A stretch of 64,000 nt of DNA from Azolla caroliniana (Eukaryota > Plantae > Polypodiophyta), in the NCBI GenBank assembly GCA_043228905.1, contig JBHGNT010000012.1:10168001-10232000 (forward strand), in the 5' to 3' direction. The notes under the pieces were generated by a model. The model worked only from the letters and a program-made list of their open reading frames with translations. It made no database searches and was not told where the DNA came from. The translations under genes were made by a program, and so were the position numbers. Numbering within the stretch: the first letter of the stretch is position 1; each line of letters starts with the position of its first letter. Of this stretch, positions 12,301-22,400 are shown piece by piece.

Positions 12301-13049
12301 GGTATAAATGGATCACCCCACTAGAGCCACTCCCATCTAAAATGTCGTACTATAAAGAACACTTTATGCACTTCTCTGAGTTAGGTTTTATCACGCGCCC
12401 AAAATATCTAGATGTATTCTTACCACATGCACTAAGGGTTGCCATTGGTCAACTTAGAATATCATCTCACCAACTTGAGATTGAGAATGGACGTACTAAT
12501 GGAGTCCCTAGGGAGGAAAGGATATGTAGGTTATGCCACATAGAGATAGAGGATGAGTACCATTTTACATGCAAATGCCCCACCTATGCCGAGATAAGGG
12601 CAAAATACCAAGACATACTTGGTTCCTCTCCCACCCTCCCTAAACTATTAGATACACTAGATATAAAGAAATTAGGTAGATACATCTTAGAATTGAAACA
12701 CCACAGAGAGAACAAATTACAAAACGTTGATAATAATGTTGCTAATGTTTACCAACATATAACAAATGAAGTTTTTCAGGAACAGGGGGAGACAATGAAT
12801 GTCGACACACCTGTACCACTCGGACTTCTCCTTGATGAAGCAGAAAATCAAAGAAGAACCAAACGCCCTCGGATGCCGGGTTTCAAAGCAACTCGACGAG
12901 ATGTAGAAGCAATAAAGAAAATAAGGGAACGTGAACTACACCGCCTAGAAGCCATGGCTAGGGCACTCTATGCATCGGGACCATGGGTCACACCCACACC
13001 AAAAACTTTTGACCTCCCACTTCTTTTTGAGAGACTTGGGTGGAAATGA
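9306..13049 (+). CDS. LINE ORF2 protein: apurinic endonuclease, reverse transcriptase and C-terminal zinc-finger-like motif
   Basis: WNCNG, LVET, GDFNAR, IDY and DH (APE); FVDFRKAFD, GVKQGCPLSP, YADD and YLGV (RT); CRLC..EDEYHF..CP. Uninterrupted. The true start is unclear (GTG 9306, ATG 9336, or readthrough from ORF1). Confidence 0.95.
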   Translation: MAHVTENTLRMTLWNCNGALWTHPGRLEGILKESDIVCLVETHQSPNRGLPRVEGFRWESAFRQTSRRCTTRGSGGVAILFRRELHNRIEILSTDPEARFMWVKVSTSKDKAVIFAICYFPPKGSRYNLAGEARSVDDGVPHGPSPYEPLSDDIIRYSSQGEVFLVGDFNARTQSRQCTIFQMNRNLEMVNVDPSDIDTTRKSKDQGADATSFGHHLLELGSRHQMVIYNGLAKWPGSEELTCFPHGGGESTIDYLIGRPEATHMINSFRVTPCPIGADHSFLYFEIKCDISNVTNSSQPRHDITIHFTHELSDIYARHVQAHLSSLDPSLPLESLNTKLTHILHSAAVSSFPYTKHSNQGKVGSMPQNRWYDEDCRCLHRQLTISQLSGSITSVQARKEMRKMTRRKRRAWEASQYWELYHMLMSNDCATAWKRLRESRPQTPIEDPETWHTYTERLYHIPNQPPIPMPSTPRPTVGTLFTTSRVTKVIKKLQHRKSMDHTGLRAEHIIYARECLAPLLTLIFNRALAEGFPSQWTMNTVAPIHKGGDPMDPNTYRTIMIGHTLAKLYGAVMEAELSEYMETLNLRAPEQAGFRRAFSTIDHIFTLRCLIDQTKARKKKLYCCFVDFRKAFDTVPRERLFDRLKSLRIPDDMVWAIYALYEQVSGCVRCPGGISDSFTSTIGVKQGCPLSPTLFGIYIDEITDFIARKGGNGVVLGDTQVRILLYADDIVLLSESEHDLQRHLNALDDFCTQRGLVVNLGKTKVLIFHTSAQVRAKCHLTISHSPVEVVGSYVYLGVTFSARSGKFSMTQAAKDRLTRGHASLSLLERRCHQAYFQEPRTKGWLFDLLVTPSLMYASAVWAPGLPSFMWTQLERPLVMMLSRQLRSKSSVPHDIIRAEFTLPPMLVEALFQLVVFIHRIHNQPLDRISHQAFKASRALYESGYTSSWYGMMVSWLLANGLDITNLPPLKYDHTNDNTLLSHEDRNKVIRQEIWQIYTRYKWITPLEPLPSKMSYYKEHFMHFSELGFITRPKYLDVFLPHALRVAIGQLRISSHQLEIENGRTNGVPREERICRLCHIEIEDEYHFTCKCPTYAEIRAKYQDILGSSPTLPKLLDTLDIKKLGRYILELKHHRENKLQNVDNNVANVYQHITNEVFQEQGETMNVDTPVPLGLLLDEAENQRRTKRPRMPGFKATRRDVEAIKKIRERELHRLEAMARALYASGPWVTPTPKTFDLPLLFERLGWK

Positions 13050-13206
13050 GATTAGGCTTGGTGCAAAGTTTTGTACACTACTAGAACTTTCTTAGCTTAA
13101 GCTATTTTCTTTTATTTTTAGTTTTGATGATTGGATAAACACTCATCTTTTGTTGTAACCTATTTGTCTCATGGGCCAAATTTGGCCTTAGAAGACGTTA
13201 ATATAT

Positions 13207-13225
13207 CTTTCTTTCTTTCTTTCTT

Positions 13226-13298
<73 letters not shown>
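13207..13298 (+). repeat. (CTTT)n LINE tail plus (CT)n microsatellite
   Basis: Directly visible. Confidence 0.95.
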
Positions 13299-13301
<3 letters not shown>

Positions 13302-13371
13302 TTCTTTCTACCTCTTATGTTATTGCTTGATTTCTTACATGATATCATAGCAAAATTAGAGACATCAATCA

Positions 13372-14930
13372 TGTTACTCCCTCCTGGAGAACACCTTCAA
13401 TTACTCCCCCGAGTAATCGGGTCAAGGAATCGTGGTGCATAAGAGACTCAGGGTCACGATGTACTATCGATCGTTGGTCGGATCGTTTACAGAGAGTGAG
13501 ACTAACACACTGAATGTTATATAGATATATGTATCGAGATGTGACAGACACGAAGTTACCCACAAGCATATATGTATATTCGATTACATGTAGCATACAA
13601 GTACAGATACAAGTTCCGCGTATAATCGGAAAGACACTCACTTACTCTCTACTAGTCTACTCCTAGGCTTAGTCTTCTCTGATTCCCCCTCTCCCGTGTT
13701 CGCAGCTCCTTGATATATATAGCTTTCCTTCTGCTCGGTGCTTTCCACATGCACCTTCCTTGATATTCGGCTTCCTTATTTGGTTGTTAGTGCTTGGCTC
13801 CTTCTGATGTGTTTTCACACTTGTCCCACTGGGTAACACCTGGCATGCTCATGGGATAGTGCCTTGCGCGTTGAACCCACAAAAAAAATCGATAAAACTC
13901 GATGGTCCAAAAATTCGAAAAATTCTAATATACATCACTCCTCCAAAATGGGCAAAATGCTTGCCGACTATTTCGAGTCATCGGTTTTGTCAATGACTTC
14001 GGCCGTGAGTTCGGCCCGGTGATCTAGCTCTGTGGGCATGTCTTGTGCCTCTCTTATTTCGTCCTTCATAGTGGTCTGCTGGGCTGGTTCGTGAGATGCC
14101 TCCTCTTGGTCGGCATGCCGATGATCCGAATCCTCGTGCTCGTGCTCCTGTTGCCGTATCGGATCCTCATTTCTCTGCTCCTCGGCTCCCCGTGTTGCCC
14201 CTTGCTCGGGCATGCTTTCGTGGGAAGCTTCCTCTTTTCTTTGCGTTTGGGCCACCGAGTCTGTCTCGGCCCGGAGTTGCTCGCGTTCGTATTTATCCAT
14301 GTCAATGGCGAGTAGGAGTTGATCATTGGTGAATTCCTCAAGGAGGGTCCCAATCGATGTGGTATGCATCAGTGCTAGGGCGTGGAATTTTGTGGTGAGG
14401 TCTTCTCGAAGCATCTGAATGCTATTCTCGTCCATTTTGTAAAAACCGCGGCCCTCCTTTTCTCGATTTTCTGCATTTGCTTGGAAAATTTGTAATTCGG
14501 CCGCTTGTGCTGACCACTTGTTCCATCCCCGAGCCAACGCAGTTTTGATCCCCGGTTCAACTGCTCACGATATTTTGATACTAAAGCCTTGGCTCGTTCT
14601 TCGTCCATCTCATATTTGACATGGAGTGTTTGTAACTCGTCTGCAGTAGTCGCGATGTCAAGATTGAGCATGGCTTTAGATGTTGAGCGAGGTGATCATC
14701 CCGTCGAGCTTCTTTTGAAAGAATTCCGTGTCCTGCTCATATTTGCGGATGAGCCTGACCTTCTCTTCTTCAACCTCCTGCTTGCATTTCTCCAAGTCTT
14801 GTTGTGTTGTTGTCTGAAGCTCCTAGAGGGAATCTTCCAATGCATTCTTTTCGCTCTCTATCTCGCACAACAACGGGTGTTGTAGACCGAAGTCTCACTT
14901 CATTTCAGTGTGCTCATACCGGTGTCGTGA
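13372..14930 (-). mobile_element. 3' remnant of an LTR retrotransposon: 3' LTR 13372-13934, PPT, and a frameshifted coiled-coil accessory ORF
   Basis: TGT..ACA termini. On the minus strand GGAGGAGTGA immediately precedes TGTATATT. ORF pieces 13968-14537 and 14375-14671 end just upstream of the PPT. Confidence 0.55.
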
Positions 14931-15008
14931 TGTGGCGTGCTCGAGAGTGGGAAAAACCGGCGAAAGGGGGGTTCAAAATGTGCATGTGCAATGTGTGTGC
15001 ACACAAAG

Positions 15009-15469
15009 TGTTACGGGCAGGACCATATAATATCCCGTGGTGAGAATTTACCGTAGTATTCTATACACGTGGATAAGTGTGAGGGTTAAACGAGAGTGTA
15101 AAGAAGGGGAGGATTATTTTTAATCCTCGGGATTGAGACAACCCATTAGGCCAAGTGTGAACTTGCCTTGGGGCCTTGGGTATCGCTATAAATAAGAGGC
15201 CTAGCTACCCTCATTTCATCATCTTGTTGACTACGTCGAGACTCTGTCTTGTGGTGGGTCAACTCCTATAGCAAGCGCGCCAGCATCAGGTACGACTCGA
15301 CGCCACGACGGTGGTATGGGACACTGATCAACGCTCGAGTCCGTCTCGATCCCTTCGCTCGGGGGTGGTTGGGTGGATCGGCACCCTTCTTTCTCTCTCT
15401 CCTTTCTATCTATATATCTATCTATATTCTATCCTTATCTAATGCTTACATTAGTTCATGTCTCTAACA
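15009..15469 (+). mobile_element. Solo LTR, 461 bp
   Basis: TGTTA...TAACA inverted termini, perfect 5-bp TSD CAAAG (15004-15008 and 15470-15474), internal TATAAATA. Confidence 0.88.
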
Positions 15470-16250
15470 CAAAGGCAATTAATTGTGCACATGCAAAAGA
15501 AAAGGGAAAAGAAAGGGTGGAAAGGATGTATAGAAGCTCGTGTGAAAAGTAAGAGAGAGGAGAGATAAAAAATAGAGGGGAGACTGGCTAAGAATTTATA
15601 GAGATAGAATTATATATTATATAAGAGAGAGTTAGTGGGCTAGTGGATAGTCACATTGCACGGTTCAAATCCAGTCTTACAATATAGTGTGATTTAAGGA
15701 ATTTTATTCTTTTTTTCATTGAAAACAAAATTAGCGACCCCCCTTCCTTTTTTCCTATAAAAGGAGGTTGAGGGGAGCTCATTTGGGAGGACGTTTAGGG
15801 AGGAAGAGACTATCGCTATTTTTCCTTTAGAGCTCTTCATCTGCTTCTTCACCACTTCTCTTCATCTCATACCCCTTCATCCCCTCATCGCCACGTGCTC
15901 GTCTTCTTCGCGTGCTCGAAGTGCTCGTGAGCCCAAGCTTCGTTGGTTCGACGTTGCTTCGCCCCGTTCATCGTTGCGAGCCTATGTGCTCACCGTTTGG
16001 GTGGTCGTGGTTCGTTGGGGTTGGCATTTTGGTGGTGCTCGTGTGTTCATCTTCACCATGTTCGGATTTTCTCTTGTCTCTAGGGCATTTAGTATTTATG
16101 TTTTGATTGAGCTTGTGGTTAACTAGAAGTTGTCATTGTAATCAAACCCTATTTTATAAAGGGTCCTCTTGCGTTGGAATCGAACACGTATTTATTTCTT
16201 TGGCCAATATCATTCGTGTTTCTTTCTTTCTTTCTTTGTTCTCGTCCACT

Positions 16251-17400
16251 TGTACGTTCGGCCGTCTTGTGACGAGAGAGCATTTCGGGCGTGCCCATGC
16301 ACCTCTCCTCCTCATAAAGGCGTACGAGCATTTTGTGCGTGTGTTTGTGTCTTTCTTGTATGTTCGGCCGACCGTCTTGTGACGAGGGAGCGTTTCGGGC
16401 GTTCCCATGCACCTCTCCTCCTCATAAAGGCGTATGAGCATTTTGTGCATGTGTTTGTGTCTTCCTTGTAGGTTCGGCCGTCTTGTGACAAGGGAGCGTT
16501 TCGGGCGTGCCCATGCACCTCTCCTCCTCATAAAGGCGTACGAGCATTTGTGTGTGTGATTGTGTCTTCCTTGTACGTTCGGCCGTCTTGTGACGAGGGA
16601 GCATTTCGGGCATGCCCATGCACCTCTCCTCCTCATAAAGGCATACGAGCATTTTGTGCGTGTGTTTGTGTCTTCCTTGTACGTTCGGTTGTCTTGTGAC
16701 GAGGGAGCATTTCGGGCGTGCCCATCCACCTCTCCTCATAAAAACGTACAAGCATTTGTGCGTGTGTTTGTGTCTTCCCTGTACATTCGGCCGTCTTGTG
16801 ATGAGGGAGCGTTTCGGGCGTGCCCATGCACCTCTCCTCCTCATAAAGGCATACGAGCATTTTGTGCGTGTGTTTGTGACTTCCTTGTACGTTCGGCCGT
16901 CTTGTGACGAGGGAGCGTTTCGGGCATGCCCATGCACCTCTCCTCCTCATAAAGACGTACGAGCATTTGTGCGTGTGTTTGTGTCTTCCTTGTACGTTCG
17001 GTTGTCTTGTGACAAGGGAGCGTTCGGGCTTGCCCATGCACCTCTCCTCCTCATAAAGGCGTATGAGCATTTTGTGTGTGTGTGTGTTTGTGTCTTCCTT
17101 GTACGTTCGGCCGTCTTGTGACGAGGGAGCTTTCAGGCGTGCCCATGCACCTCTCCTCCTCATAAAGACGTACGAGCATTTGTGCGTGTGTTTGTGACTT
17201 CGTTGTATGTTTGGCCATCTTGTGACAAGGGAGCGTTCGGGCTTGCCCATGCACCTCTCCTCCTCATAAAGGTGTATGAGCATTTGTGTGTGTGTTTTGT
17301 GTCTTCCTCGTACACTCGACGTCTTGTGATGAGGGAGCGTTCAGGCGTGCCGATGCACCTCTCCTCCTCATAAAGACATATGGGCATTCGTGTTTGTGTT
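16251..17400 (+). repeat. Tandem array of about 11 units of about 106 bp inside the LTR of element F
   Basis: Unit TGTACGTTCGGCCGTCTTGTGACGAGGGAGCGTTTCGGGCGTGCCCATGCACCTCTCCTCCTCATAAAGGCGTACGAGCATTTTGTGCGTGTGTTTGTGTCTTCCT. The ACCTCTCCTC anchor recurs at about 16301, 16411, 16517, 16622 ... 17357. Confidence 0.95.
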
Positions 17401-17680
17401 ATCGTCCCCTTGTGCGTTCATCTTGCGTGCTCATCTTTGCTTGTAACCGTTTGATCACTTAGCTTGTGCGGTGATCTCGAAAAGTCGACGTGTCGTGATC
17501 AACGAAAGCCATCGGCCTCACAAAAGAAAAGGGCAACGAGACCTTCCTTGGGAAGGGGTCGGAAGTAGTATTGTCGTAAAGCAAACCTCGGGTCTTCTCT
17601 ATCCCTCGAGTGCTCCCTAGTCCAAGACCCCTGTGGTCTCGCCCAAGTAACACACACGCGCGAAACTTCACAACATAAAT

Positions 17681-17697
17681 TGGTGAACCCGACGTGA
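17681..17697 (+). promoter_or_regulatory. Primer binding site complementary to tRNA-Trp
   Basis: TGGTGAACCCGACGTGA is the reverse complement of the plant tRNA-Trp 3' end (TCACGTCGGGTTCACCA). Confidence 0.85.
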
Positions 17698-17747
17698 AAG
17701 GGTGGCAAGGGAGAACCAAGATGTGAGGAGGAGAACTCGTTGAAGCA

Positions 17748-18806
17748 ATGGTGGTGGTGGTGGATCGCTTGGTAAATGCTCGAGAAGGCATCACCGGCCT
17801 AGACCAGGCCATAGAGATGGTGGTTAGCACAGCAGGTCAGTTCAATGGAAGAGATACCACGAGCTACTTGGATGCCTATAAGGCCGAAATGCTTATGCGA
17901 AACGTCCCCGAAGATAGGCGGCTAACTGGATTCGCTAGAGTGGTAATGCCGAGTATCCACGCAGAGGTACCCGAGATCCAAGCGGACTGTTGCAATTGGG
18001 TGGAGTTCGAAGAAAGACTCCTCGAGAAGTACGACCTTGATGACTCACTCAGAATTTCGAAAAGGGATCTAATGGAGTGGATTGAGCTTCCTGGAAAGGG
18101 GATAAATACTATGGCACTTCTACAAGAATTTGAGAAGCACTTCGCGCGACTCTCGGCTCTCGATAGGATGGTGCTTGACACAAGCAAGGTCCTACTATTC
18201 ATAAAATTTGTTGATGCACGAGACCGAGAGAGGGTGGGGCTCCTCCTCGAAACTGATGATGGGCTCACAATGGATTGGGCTATGGTAAAACGGGTTTGTA
18301 GTCGCTTCGATAAGAGAAGGGAATGGAACGATGGGTCTCCGTTGAGCAGCCAAACATCCACAGGCTCCATTAGTGAGACACACGAACCCAGGGGTGGTAG
18401 AGCACCTCAAGAAAGAGAGCAAGCAAATGCAAGGTTCGTCCCCAAGAGAAACGTGGTTGAAGCACTATCGGGAGGGTCGGCAATAGACGAGCTCACAAAG
18501 ATGGTGCGAGATCTCCAAATAGCGCAAGCTAGGAGAGAGAGTGGCGGCCCTCAAGATCAACGTCCCCCATTCGCGCAAAGATGTATGTGGTGTGACAATC
18601 CCGACCACCTACGAAGGGAGTGTGGAGACTTTCAAGAGGCCCTAAGAAGGGATATTGTCTATCTTTGGAACAATAGGGTCTATTCGACGGAGACAAGGTG
18701 CCCCTTAGGATTGAATCAAGGCCGAGGGGGCATGAGAAGGCTAATGGAGGAGGTCGAAGCACGACATGTTGAAGCCGTCCACTACTCGACGTCGGCTAGG
18801 ATCTGA
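17748..18806 (+). pseudogene. gag-like ORF of element F
   Basis: Follows the PBS. FNGRDTTSYL..YKAEM and zinc knuckle CMWCDNPDHLRREC. Premature stop and downstream decay. Confidence 0.8.
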
Positions 18807-19289
18807 GTGGGGAAAGAGGTGAGGAGGCAAGAGGAGAAAGAGTTTGACTTTTGGCTGTCAATCCTTGGAAGCCTCTTTAGGTGAAAGTTCAAAAGAGAAG
18901 AAGCGGACGAAGCAGAAAGAAGGGTCCAAGAAGCAATCGGATCGAAGGATCCGATGGAAGAAAAGAAAGGCTTAGTGGAAGCCGCTTGCCAAAACTATGA
19001 AGTAATGGTAGAAGAGAAGAAGGTAGTGTTAAAAACAGTGCTCGGCCACAACCGAGGAATAGGATCAACTCACAGAAAACAGGAAATACACAATGCACTA
19101 AGACAATAGAGAGAAGAGTGCACAGGATGTTTTACGTGGAAAACCCTAAATGGGAAAAACCACGGGAGTCCTCAAACTCCAACTATCACTATGAACAGAG
19201 ATGTACAATGGTGAAGCTACAAGGCAACAACCTTGAGCTCACTGTCTTCACCACAGGCGGCGGTAATACACAGAGGCAACGACCTCTTC

Positions 19290-19324
<35 letters not shown>

Positions 19325-19400
19325 CTGCTCTCTTCACTCTCTTGCACTCTCGGCTGCTCTCTTCACTCTCTTGCACACATGAGAGTGGCAACACACAAAT

Positions 19401-22400
19401 TGATGGAAATTAATTGAAACTTTCCAAACTTCACCTCTCGGCCTCAACCAAGGAAAACACACGAATCGTTGTTGCAGAAAATGGGAAATGCGAAAGATAG
19501 AGTGGACACACGATTTAACGTGGAAAACCCTGTACGGGAAAAACCACGGGAGCACAAGACTCCGAAGCAAAACTATGCACAGAGAAGTATACAATGGCGA
19601 GCTGCAAGGCGATGACCTTGAGCTCGCTGTCCTCGCCACAGGCGGCGGAAATACACAGAGGCGTCGACCTCTTCCTCTCTCACGCTCTATCTCTCTCACG
19701 GCTGCTCTCTCTTCACTCCTCTTAAGTGGAAAAACAGAAAAATGAGTAGAACCACTAAAACTGTTTGCCCTAAGTCATATTTATACACATATGACTTTGG
19801 GGCTATTTACAACTATAGCCTCAAGGGTCCTTGGCAAACATATTCACAGATATGTCCCCGCATCCGGATCTCTCTCCGGGTACAATCGTCATCCGGCTCC
19901 GAAACCGGGGGGGTCTTCATCATCCGGTTCCGAAACCGAAACCGGGATCGTCGGCATTCATCTCCGACATCCGACCATCCCATCCGAAAGGGACCGTAAT
20001 CCCAACAAACTCCCCCTTCACTTCGGCATGGGATGTCTCTCCAATCCGATCCTCTTCCGGCATGCTTCCAGCTTGTCGGGTGTGAGCACCTTGGTCAGCA
20101 TATCCGACCCGTTCTCGTCCGTGTGGATCTTTGTCAGCACGAACTCCTTGTCTTCTATCCTTTCCCGGATCCAGTGGTATCTACGCTGGATGTGTTTCGT
20201 CCGGGAATGGTAGGCCGCGTTCTTTGCAAGGTGGATGGCACTCTGACTATCGCAGTAGAGTCGGTACTCCTCCTGCCGGATCCCGAGCTCTCTAATGAAG
20301 TCCTTCATCCATATTATTTCCTTGCCGGCTTCAACAGCTGCCATGTACTCCGCCTCCGTGGTTGACAACGCAACCGTCTTCAGCAGCCTCGACTGCCACG
20401 AAACGGCTCCCCCTGCATAGGTCATCACATACCCCGATGTGGACCGGCTGGTATCTGCATCAGCCGACATATCCGAATCGGTAAAACTGTCAAGTTCGGG
20501 CTTACCGGAACCGAATCGGAGGCACACGTTTGCCGTGCCCTTCAGGTATCGGAGTATCCACTTGGCCGCGTTCCAATGCTCTTTGCCGGGATTGCTCATG
20601 TACCGACTCACCACTCCGACTGCGTATCCAATGTCCGGTCTTGTACACACCATTGCGTACATCAAGCTTCCGACGGCAGAGGCATATGGCACTTTCATCA
20701 TGTCCTCCTTCTCAGCCTTTGTCTTGGGGCTTTGCTTGCTGGACAGCTTGTAGTTTGCCGGGAGGGTCAATCCGACCGGTCTTGCTTCCGACATGTTGAA
20801 CCGTTGAAGCACCTTTGTCACGTACTTCTCCTGTGACAGCCACAACTGCTTCTTGCTCCGGTCCCGGATGATGTGCATCCCTAGTATTTGTCTCGCCGGA
20901 CCCAAGTCCTTCATTGAGAAGGTTCGGTGAAGAGCCTTCTTCAACATCCGTATCTTGACCTGGTCCCGTCCGACGATCAACATGTCGTCCACGTACAGGA
21001 GGAGTATTAGAAAGTCTCCTCCTTCGAACTTCTTCACAAACACGCAGTGGTCGGACTGCGTTTTGAGGTACCCTTCGTCGGTCATGAAGGAGTCGAACTT
21101 CCGGCACCATTGCCGGGGAGCCTGCTTCAGTCCGTAAAGGCTCTTCTTCAACCGGCATACCAGGTGCTCTTTCCCTTTCTTCTCGAATCCTTCCGGTTGC
21201 TGCATGTAGATCTCTTCTTCGAGGTCACCGTGAAGGAATGCCGTCTTCACATCCATCTGTTCTACCTCGAGGTCCATGCTTGCCGCTATGCTCAGCACCG
21301 TCCGGATGGAGGTCATCTTCACTACCGGGGCAAATATCTCGTCGAAGTCGACGCCCTTCTTCTGCTGGAACCCCTTCACCACGATCCTGGCTTTGTATCT
21401 CGGGGGGTTTCCGGCATCTCCCGGTTTCAGCTTGAACACCCACTTGTTTCGAAGTGCCCGCTTTCCTTTCGGCAACTCCACAAGTTCATATGTGTGGTTC
21501 TCATGCAGGGAATCCATCTCGTCCTGCATGGCACTCAACCACCTGCGGCTCTGGGTGTCATGCTTTGCTTCTTCAAAGCTCTCCGGCTCCCCCTCGTCGG
21601 TTAGCAACACGTGCTCTGGTTCCGGAAATCTCCGGGGGGCCCTTCTCTCTCTTAGAGGATATCTCCGTTCCGGAGCTTCGGTAACCGGTTCTTCCGATTC
21701 TTCTTCATCCGAATCCATTTCGGGATCGGGGCCGGTTCCGGTATCATTTTCATCTTCTTCGGCCGGTTCTGTTTCTTCACCGTCTTCGGCCGGATCCTCG
21801 AGTGCTAACCGGTCCCTTGCCGGTCGGGACTGCTCCTCGTAGAGTTGATCCTCACCGGTCGACTTGGAGCTCTTCATCTTCTTCTCCGACTCCCAGTCGG
21901 CGAGTGTCTTGTTCTCCATGAAGATGATATCGCGACTCCGGAATATCTTCTTGTCGACCGGGTCCCATACTCGGTAGCCGAACTCGTCATCGCCGTAACC
22001 GAGGAATATGCATGGCCGGGTCTTTGGATCTAGCTTTCCTCTCCGGTCCTTTGCCACATGCACGTATGCGAGACACCCGAACACCTTCAGATGCCGGTAG
22101 GATACTTCCCTACCGGTCCACACTCTCTGCGGCGTGTCTCCGTCCAAAGGTACTGAGGGTGATCTGTTTATCACGTATGTTGCCGTCGACATCGCCTCAG
22201 CCCAAAACCCCTTGGGTAATTCCGCATGCGCCAGCATACTCCGGACCCTCTCCATTATGGTCCGGTTCATCCTCTTGGCTAGCCCGTTCAGTTCCGGCGT
22301 CTTCGGCACAGTAAACTCGAGCCGGATTCCTTTCGAGCGACAGTACTCCGCGAACTGCCCCCGGTATTCCCCTCCGTTATCCGCTCGTATCGCTTTCAGC

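Larger units (their letters stand above)
7966..13229 (+). mobile_element. Full-length non-LTR retrotransposon (LINE), RTEX-like, intact (LINE-a)
   Basis: GC-rich repetitive 5' UTR, ORF1, ORF2 (APE-RT-CCHC), short 3' UTR and a (CTTT)5 tail merging into (CT)n. The clade is inferred from ORF1 plus the R-C-x2-C...EDEYHF..CP.Y C-terminus and the microsatellite tail. Confidence 0.93.

Noticed and set aside
15636-15672. Functional tRNA gene
   Set aside because: Box spacing is too short and there is no cloverleaf. Kept only as a weak finding.
16251-17400. CRISPR array or hammerhead ribozyme (retrozyme) repeats
   Set aside because: There are no unique spacers and the context is eukaryotic. The minus strand has TTTATGAG..CGAAAC..GTC in hammerhead order, but the invariant CUGA core is absent and stems I and II are poor.
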